A stretch of 32,000 bases of DNA from positions 1 to 32,000 of the forward strand of contig JAYTOL010000262.1 in the NCBI GenBank assembly GCA_043747815.1, in the 5' to 3' direction. The notes beneath the pieces are model-generated. The model was given only the letters and a program-made list of their open reading frames with translations, had not been told where the DNA came from and made no database searches. Below are positions 25,820-32,000 of the stretch, piece after piece. The translations under genes and the position numbers were made by a program. Origin of the DNA: Deltaproteobacteria bacterium. Its GTDB lineage: Bacteria; Myxococcota_A; Polyangia; Polyangiales; Polyangiaceae. Numbering within the stretch: the stretch's first letter is position 1; every line of letters starts with the position of its first letter.

Positions 25820-27946
25820 ATGGGTGAACAAATGGGTGCAGCCGATCTTTTGGGACCTGCTGGCCCGTTCGCCGACGCGATGCCCGGCTACGAGGCGCGC
25901 CCGGGACAGCTGGAGATGGTGGCGAGCGTGGAGCGCTGCCTGCGCAACGACGGCATCGCCATGATCGAGGCCGGGACCGGCACTGGCAAGACGCTCGCGT
26001 ACCTCGTGCCCGCCTTGCTCGAGTCGCGCCGCAAGAAAATCGTGATCAGCACGGCGACGCGAGCCTTGCAGGATCAGATCTTCTACAAAGATTTGCCGCT
26101 CGTCGACCGCGTCCTCGGCTTCAACGTGCCCTCGGCGCTGATGAAAGGCCTGCCGAACTACGTGTGTCGGCGGCGCTACCATGAGTTTAGCTCGAGCGCG
26201 GAGTCGCTCAAACCCGAGTGGTCGTCGAGCTTGGCCCGCGTCGAGGCCTGGCTGGACGCGAGCCCGACGGGCGCTCTCGAAGACATGGCCGCGCTCGCGG
26301 AGGACGACCCAATCTGGGGCCGCATCTCGGCGTCCAGCGAGAGGCGCATCGGCCAGGGGTGTGCCTATTTCGAGAGCTGTTATGTCACGCGCATGAAGCG
26401 AGCGGCCGCCGATGCACGCATCGTGGTGGTCAATCACCACCTGTTCTTTGCCGACCTCGCGCTACGAGGCGCGCACCCGGCGAGCGTGATCCCGGACTAC
26501 GATGCCGTGATCTTCGACGAAGCGCATCAGCTCGAAGACGTGGCCACCGAGCACTTTGGGGTGAGCGTGTCGAGCGCGCGCGTGGCGCGGCTCTGCAGCG
26601 ACGCCTGGCCGCTGCTCGAGCGCCAGCTCGGGGCCGCCGCCGCTGATCACGCGCGCCGCATCTCAGCGTCGTGCGAGGCTTTCTTCGACGCCGTCGGCAG
26701 GTCCGTGCAGGGCGCCGAGGGGCGGGCGCTCCTGCCGGCAGAGGCCTGGGCGGGTGACGTCGAGGGGCACTGGTTTGCGCTCGACACGGCGCTCGAGGGC
26801 CTCGGCGGTCGCATCCACACGAGCGACGGGGCGCGTGAGCCTGCGGAACAGCTGTTCTCCGTCAGCGCGGCGCCCACCGGCAGCGAGGCGCTCTCCGCGC
26901 TAGCGCGGCGGGCCAGCGCGCTGCGCGACGATCTGGCCAGCATCGCCCGAGGCGCGCCGGGCTCGGTGGTGTGGTTCGAGGCGGGGGCACGCTCTCGCAA
27001 GCTGACCGCCTCGCCCGTACGGCTCGCGAGCATCTTGCAGAGCCGCCTGTTCGACGTCGTGCCCGCCATCGTGCTCACCTCCGCCACGTTGTCGAGTGGT
27101 AGCGTGAAGCCCATGCCTGAGCCCGCGCTCGCAGAACCGGCGTTCGTGCGGGACGATGAAATGAGCCTGGAGGAGCCGAGCGGCGATGTGTCGAGTGATA
27201 CAGCGCGCCCGACGCTCTCCGGGCCTTTTCGCTTCCAGCGCCAGCGCCTGGGCCTCGACAGCGGCCTCTACCGCGTCGAGGAGCTGTGCGTGCCCTCGCC
27301 CTTTTGCTTCGAGGAGCAAGCGCTCTTGTACCTGCCCAATGATCTGCCCTCGCCCGACGACGTAGGCTTTCTGGCTCAGGCGGCGGAGCGCGCGGCGGTG
27401 CTGATCGACTCCTGCGACGGCGGCGCCTTCGTGCTCACTACCTCGCTGCGCTCCATGCACGCCTTTCATCGGGCGCTCGAGGGGCGCCTCGGGCCGCGCT
27501 TACTGCTCTTGCAGGGGCAGGCTCCCAAGGCGACGCTGGTTCTGCGCTTTCGAGCCGCCGAAAACGCCGTGCTCGTGGCCACCTCGAGCTTCTGGCAGGG
27601 GGTCGACGTGCCGGGCGCTGCGCTCAGGCTGGTGGTCTTGGAGAAGGCGCCGTTTCCGGTCCCCAGCGACCCGATCGTCGAGGCGCGCTCGCGCGAGCTC
27701 AGCCTGGCGGGCGAGTCGCCGTTTACGCGGCTGCATCTGCCCTTGGCGCAGCTCACGCTCAAGCAAGGCTTTGGGCGCCTGATCCGCAGCCAGACCGATT
27801 ATGGGGTGGTGGCGCTCCTCGACGGGCGCGTGCACCGCAAAGGGTATGGGCGGCGCTTGCTCGAGGGCTTGCCGCCGGCGCGCCGGGTCACTGAGCTCAG
27901 CCTGGTGGAGGACTTCTGGGCACGGCATCGGAGCGCGGGCTCATGA
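25820..27946 (+). CDS. dinG: DinG/XPD-family ATP-dependent DNA helicase
   Basis: 708 aa with motif I AGTGTGKTLAYLVPAL and motif II VIFDEAHQLED (DEAH). C-terminal helicase motifs are ATSSFWQGVDVPG and QGFGRLIRS. There is no N-terminal exonuclease domain. Confidence 0.88.
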   Translation: MGEQMGAADLLGPAGPFADAMPGYEARPGQLEMVASVERCLRNDGIAMIEAGTGTGKTLAYLVPALLESRRKKIVISTATRALQDQIFYKDLPLVDRVLGFNVPSALMKGLPNYVCRRRYHEFSSSAESLKPEWSSSLARVEAWLDASPTGALEDMAALAEDDPIWGRISASSERRIGQGCAYFESCYVTRMKRAAADARIVVVNHHLFFADLALRGAHPASVIPDYDAVIFDEAHQLEDVATEHFGVSVSSARVARLCSDAWPLLERQLGAAAADHARRISASCEAFFDAVGRSVQGAEGRALLPAEAWAGDVEGHWFALDTALEGLGGRIHTSDGAREPAEQLFSVSAAPTGSEALSALARRASALRDDLASIARGAPGSVVWFEAGARSRKLTASPVRLASILQSRLFDVVPAIVLTSATLSSGSVKPMPEPALAEPAFVRDDEMSLEEPSGDVSSDTARPTLSGPFRFQRQRLGLDSGLYRVEELCVPSPFCFEEQALLYLPNDLPSPDDVGFLAQAAERAAVLIDSCDGGAFVLTTSLRSMHAFHRALEGRLGPRLLLLQGQAPKATLVLRFRAAENAVLVATSSFWQGVDVPGAALRLVVLEKAPFPVPSDPIVEARSRELSLAGESPFTRLHLPLAQLTLKQGFGRLIRSQTDYGVVALLDGRVHRKGYGRRLLEGLPPARRVTELSLVEDFWARHRSAGS

Positions 27947-29604
27947 GCGTGAAGTCGGCCGCGCCTTTCGTCGACCTGCTCGGAGGCGCGCCGCGGCTGC
28001 GCCTGAATACGGCGGGGTTGCGCCACAGCCTGACGTTTGCGTTCAGCGCGGGGGGCAGCCAGGCGGATCTCGCGCGCAGCGTGTCCGAAGCCAAGCCGGG
28101 ACAGTCGCTGTGGAGCGCCGAGTGTTTCAGCGATGATTTGTTCCTGGCGCCGCTCATCGAGCGCGTGCTGTGGCGCGGCCGGGGCGCGCCGCGTTCTTCG
28201 GCGAGCGCCGGCGTGCGGCGCTATCTCCTCGGCGTGCTCGCCGCACCGCCCTCGGGGCCCGACGCGCTGCAAGTGGTCGGCTTTCGCCAGGCCATCAGCT
28301 CCGAGCTCGATCGGGTGCCCGCGCTCCGGCAGCACGTCGCGGGGTTCGTGGGCAAGATCGAGGCGCTGTTCGAGCTGCTCGAAGCGGGCGGAGTCGGGGT
28401 CCGCCTCGACCCGGTTCGCCGCGGCCTCGACGTGCTCGCCGCAGCCAAGACCGTCGTGGAGGAGGCCGCCGGGTTTTCGGGCGCGACGTCCGGTTTGCGC
28501 CGCATCGCGGAGTGGTCCGACGCGGTTCGAGCGGGGGCGGGCTACGAGAAGCTCAGAAATCTGCTCGACTACGACGGGCGCTTGGCCAACGTGCAAGTCA
28601 ACGTGCGGCTCGGGCGCGAGGGCGACGTGCGCAGCATGCAGGTCGTCCGGATCGACGAAAACGTGGCGAACCCCTTTCACGTCTCGCCCTGGCGCCGCTT
28701 CTGGGGCCGTCTCTCGCTAGGCTTTCGCGGCTACCGGTTGCGCAAAGAAGAGGTGTTTGCGCGGCTCGTGCACGACACCTTCGACGAGGTGATGGACGTG
28801 TTTGTCGCGTCGCTGCAGTTGCTCGCGGATCTCGAATTTTATCGCCTCGGCGGCTCGCTCGCCGAGTTTGCGCGAAGTCGAGGCCTCGAGGTGTGCCTGC
28901 CCCAGTTCGTGGGGGAGAGGCGCCGGCTGTCGGGGCTGTTCAATCCTTTCCTGTTGCTCGAAGAGCGGCCGCCGCGGCCCTGTGATCTCGCCACCGGCGG
29001 GCTCGGCGCGATCGTCATCATCACGGGGCCCAACTCGGGCGGCAAGACGCGGCTGTTGCAGGCCCTGGGTGTGGCGCAGGTGCTGGGTCAGGCGGGGCTG
29101 TTCGTGCCCGCACAGGCAGCGGAGCTGCCCTGGCAAGATGGCCTGTTCGCTTCGCTCGCGGTCCTGCCCGAGGTGGATCAGCGGGAAGGGCGGCTCGGTA
29201 CGGAGCTGCTCAGGATCCGGCGCATGTTCGAGAAGCTCGAGGTCGGCGCGCTGGTGCTCGTCGACGAGCTATGCTCCGGCACGAACCCCGCCGAAGCAGA
29301 GGAGCTGTTTCGCATGGTGATCGAGCTCCTGCACGAGCTCTCGGGGCAGGCGTTCGTCACCACGCATTTCCTCGAGTTTGCCGCGCGGCTCGAGCAGACC
29401 CGCCCGCTACCGGGGCTCGAGTTTTTGTGCGTGGGGTTAGATGCCGAAAAACGTCCGACGTATCGCTTCGAGCGCGGCGTGGCCGAGAGCGCTTTAGCCC
29501 AGCAGACGGCGCAGCGCTTGGGGGTCACTCAAGCGGAGCTATCCGCGTTGGTGGTCGCGGCCAGGCAGCGCCAGAGCGAACGCCCGAAGGGGCCCTTGCC
29601 GTAG
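27943..29604 (+). CDS. MutS-related protein (MutS domain V ATPase; no mismatch-recognition domain, no Smr domain)
   Basis: 553 aa with Walker A ITGPNSGGKTRLLQALG, Walker B LVLVDELCSGTNP and TTHF. The ATG overlaps the dinG stop (ATGA). Confidence 0.8.
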   Translation: MSVKSAAPFVDLLGGAPRLRLNTAGLRHSLTFAFSAGGSQADLARSVSEAKPGQSLWSAECFSDDLFLAPLIERVLWRGRGAPRSSASAGVRRYLLGVLAAPPSGPDALQVVGFRQAISSELDRVPALRQHVAGFVGKIEALFELLEAGGVGVRLDPVRRGLDVLAAAKTVVEEAAGFSGATSGLRRIAEWSDAVRAGAGYEKLRNLLDYDGRLANVQVNVRLGREGDVRSMQVVRIDENVANPFHVSPWRRFWGRLSLGFRGYRLRKEEVFARLVHDTFDEVMDVFVASLQLLADLEFYRLGGSLAEFARSRGLEVCLPQFVGERRRLSGLFNPFLLLEERPPRPCDLATGGLGAIVIITGPNSGGKTRLLQALGVAQVLGQAGLFVPAQAAELPWQDGLFASLAVLPEVDQREGRLGTELLRIRRMFEKLEVGALVLVDELCSGTNPAEAEELFRMVIELLHELSGQAFVTTHFLEFAARLEQTRPLPGLEFLCVGLDAEKRPTYRFERGVAESALAQQTAQRLGVTQAELSALVVAARQRQSERPKGPLP

Positions 29605-29630
29605 CGGCACTCGATGGGTGGGAGCTCCGC

Positions 29631-30203
29631 TCACTGCGCGCGGACCAGCGAGATGGCAGTCTCCAAGTTGAGCGGGCTGCCGTCGAGGGGCAGCGGCAGC
29701 GCATTGCTCATCTGGACGTAGTCGACGCCGAGGGTTGGCAAGTCGAACGGAGTGCCTCCCGGCATATACATGATGCCAAAGAGCCAGTAGTTGCCCTCGA
29801 GCCCCGCGTCCGTCAGCTCGAACTTTTGCGTCTCCCCAGGCGTCACGTCGGCTGACGGAAAAAGGCCCGCGTAGGCGTTGGGCGGGTGGGTGGGCGGATC
29901 GGGCGAGTCGTAAATGACAAACTGGATGCTCGCCGGAGTACCCGCCATGTCTGACGGGACCGCCAATTTGGCGCAGATCGTGTGGGGCTGAGTGCAGGTC
30001 TCGGAGCTCTCCAGCAGGCGTCCGACGGTGCCCGTCAACGACGGTCCGGTGCCAGCGGCTCCTGGCGGCGCCTCAGCGGGGTCCTCCGATGTCGCGCAGG
30101 CGCTGGCCGCAAACGCGACGAGCAAGCTGCAAAAACACGGAGCGAACGAGCGGATGCCGCGGCGCGCCGCCCTGGTGTGAGAGTCATTGTGTCTGTAAAT
30201 CAT
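29631..30203 (-). CDS. Hypothetical lipoprotein
   Basis: 190 aa with a signal peptide and the lipobox FAASAC|A. The ATG overlaps the stop of the upstream sensor kinase gene (ATGA). Confidence 0.65.
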   Translation of the reverse strand: MIYRHNDSHTRAARRGIRSFAPCFCSLLVAFAASACATSEDPAEAPPGAAGTGPSLTGTVGRLLESSETCTQPHTICAKLAVPSDMAGTPASIQFVIYDSPDPPTHPPNAYAGLFPSADVTPGETQKFELTDAGLEGNYWLFGIMYMPGGTPFDLPTLGVDYVQMSNALPLPLDGSPLNLETAISLVRAQ

Positions 30204-31999
30204 GATGCTGTTTCCTCGAAAGTGTGGCTTTTACGCTCGGCGAGCTCTTTGATTCGGCTCATGGGGCTGGGCTCGAGCGCCTCCTGAGCAGAGCCGTCTG
30301 CCTCCGGCTGCGCGAGCGCGCGGATCGGAAACAGGAAACTCCAGCGGGTGCCCTGGCCCTCGGCGCTCTCGAGCTCGATTCTACCGCCGATTGCGGCCAC
30401 GACCCTTCTGACGGCAGCCAGCCCGATGCCGCGGCCCGACACCTCGGTGGTGCTGCTCTTGAGCGAAAACCCGTCCGCCAGGAGCGCAGCCTCGAGATCG
30501 CTGTGCGACGCGTGCGCCAGCCCGCGCTCGCGGGCGAGCTGTCGAACTTTGTCCCACGCAATCCCGCGACCATCGTCTCTGACCTCGATCAAGAGCTCGT
30601 CATTGCGCATGCGGGTAGACAGCCAGATGCAGGCGGGGATGGGCTTGCCGACCGCCTGGCGCTCCTCATCCGACTCGAGGCCGTGGTCGGCCGCATTGTT
30701 GAGCACGTGCGACAACACGCTCCAGAACGGCGCCAGGGGCCCTGGGGGCAAACGCAAATCGCCGTGGTCCATCACGATCGTGGGCAGAGCTTTGCCGAGC
30801 TTGTTGCAGACGACCTCGATGGCGTCTCTGGCGCGCTCGAGGCGCCAGGCGGTGGGTTCGCTGCGCAGACCGGTCACCAGCGCCTCCAGCAGCTCAAACG
30901 AGCTGTGCTCGCGCACGGCGCTGAGTAGGCGCAGGTAGTCTTCCTTGGAGATCTCCACGAACCCCGTCGCGCCTAGCAAGAGCGGGTCCATGCGCTCGCG
31001 CAAGGCTCCCCACATCGCCTCTAAATCCCCGCGCTCGGCCGTACCATCGCGGCCCTCCTGATACGCGTCTTCGAGGCGATGACAGAGGGTGGAGAGGCGG
31101 TTCAGGCCGAACACGCGCGCGTTGCCCTTCAGCGTGTGCAAGTCTCGCTTGGACGCTTCGGTGGGCTCGCCGATACCCCGGATGAGCTGCGCCGCCTCCC
31201 GCCAGAATTCGACAAAGGAGCGGCGATTGCGCACAAAGTGGTCGACGAGCGTGGCGAACTCTTGCTGCTCGGCGAGCGTACGCTGGTGCTCCACTCCTGC
31301 CGTGACATCAGTCAGCACGAGCACGACGCGGTCGAGCTCTTCACCCTTGGAGACGGTGTGATAGCCGACGTCGAAATGCTGACCGGCGCGCTCCAGGCGT
31401 TTCGGTAGTTGATCCAGCGACATGTCCAATGGCAGCATGCCGGCGAGCAGCTGCTCCCAGGCGACGTGGAACCAATCCACGACGCGCGGGTCGATGCGGC
31501 CCACGACGCCCGAGACCGTTTCGTCGGCTGACAGAGGCCCGAACCAGGTGTCGAGGATAGCCGAGCGCTCCGGCAGCAACGTGCCGTCGGGCAGCACGGT
31601 CAAGAAGCCCTGGCGGACGCTGTCCAAGATGAGCTTGAGCTCGGCGTTGCGGACGCCGAGGCGAGCCTCACGATCGCGCACGGCTTCAGCCATATCGCCG
31701 AAGGTGGCCGCCAGGCGGACCACTTCGTCCTCGACCCGAACGCGCTTAGCATCGCCTTCGGGCACGACGCGCTCTCCGTGCGCCAGCCTCTGCGCGGCGG
31801 AGTCCAAGCGTTTGACGGGCCTGATCACGACGCCGTTGATGACCCAGAGAATGGCGAAGATGAGGCACAGCGCAGTGCCCGCAGACACCCAAAGAATCTG
31901 ACGCGCGAGCTGCGCCAGGGCGGTGGTCTCGCGAGCCGTCGAGACCCGCGCGGTGATCGCCGCGACCACCTTGCCGTCGGGGTTGATTACGGGCTCCAC
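30200..31999 (-). CDS. Membrane sensor kinase with HAMP, CheA-type Hpt and HATPase_c domains; N-terminus lies beyond the window
   Basis: A TM helix is followed by a HAMP-like segment (VIRPVKRLDSAAQRLAHGE). The Hpt H-box is HTLKGNARVFGL. It has a CheA-like N-box HVLNNAADHG, G1 DDGRGI and G2 SGRGIGL. No CheW-like P5 domain follows. The ORF is open to the window edge. Confidence 0.85.
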   Translation of the reverse strand: MEPVINPDGKVVAAITARVSTARETTALAQLARQILWVSAGTALCLIFAILWVINGVVIRPVKRLDSAAQRLAHGERVVPEGDAKRVRVEDEVVRLAATFGDMAEAVRDREARLGVRNAELKLILDSVRQGFLTVLPDGTLLPERSAILDTWFGPLSADETVSGVVGRIDPRVVDWFHVAWEQLLAGMLPLDMSLDQLPKRLERAGQHFDVGYHTVSKGEELDRVVLVLTDVTAGVEHQRTLAEQQEFATLVDHFVRNRRSFVEFWREAAQLIRGIGEPTEASKRDLHTLKGNARVFGLNRLSTLCHRLEDAYQEGRDGTAERGDLEAMWGALRERMDPLLLGATGFVEISKEDYLRLLSAVREHSSFELLEALVTGLRSEPTAWRLERARDAIEVVCNKLGKALPTIVMDHGDLRLPPGPLAPFWSVLSHVLNNAADHGLESDEERQAVGKPIPACIWLSTRMRNDELLIEVRDDGRGIAWDKVRQLARERGLAHASHSDLEAALLADGFSLKSSTTEVSGRGIGLAAVRRVVAAIGGRIELESAEGQGTRWSFLFPIRALAQPEADGSAQEALEPSPMSRIKELAERKSHTFEETAS

Positions 32000-32000
32000 G

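Overview
High-GC chromosomal segment with dense coding. Hand counts give about 65-70% GC in coding stretches. The gene content is most consistent with a myxobacterial or other deltaproteobacterial genome: a Hanks-type kinase with a Pro-rich tail, a PilZ protein, a sigma54-like promoter motif and a CheA-like sensor. That assignment is inference only. I support about 25 CDS. They are a type II NADH dehydrogenase, a Ser/Thr kinase-like protein lacking the catalytic Asp, Mfd, and a PilZ-SCP2-ABC exporter operon. There is also a Tol-Pal cluster in the order pal-tolQ-tolR-tolA-like-tolB, and a translationally coupled pair made of a disordered basic protein and a Cys-rich protein with strict 3-residue periodicity. 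The rest are IlvE, an M16 peptidase, a PpiD-like chaperone, a coupled DinG-like helicase and MutS-domain-V ATPase pair, two lipoproteins and a truncated HAMP-Hpt-HATPase sensor kinase. I recognised no rRNA, tRNA, CRISPR array, transposase, integrase or reverse transcriptase. The clear anomaly is a 2.6-kb ORF-poor, lower-GC island at 18205-20837, lying between the Cys-rich operon and ilvE. It holds at least eight independent short tandem duplications with 12-16 nt units. It also holds a block of about 210 nt whose 15-nt (5-codon) periodicity stays in one register while the unit sequence changes. I cannot assign this island to any known RNA family, mobile element or intact gene. It could be a decayed pentapeptide-repeat-like gene, a long non-coding RNA locus or a binding-site array. 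I did not find a demonstrable new multi-gene system, and the remaining candidates are flagged with modest confidence. Many long ORFs in the supplied track are antisense shadows typical of GC-rich DNA and were rejected.
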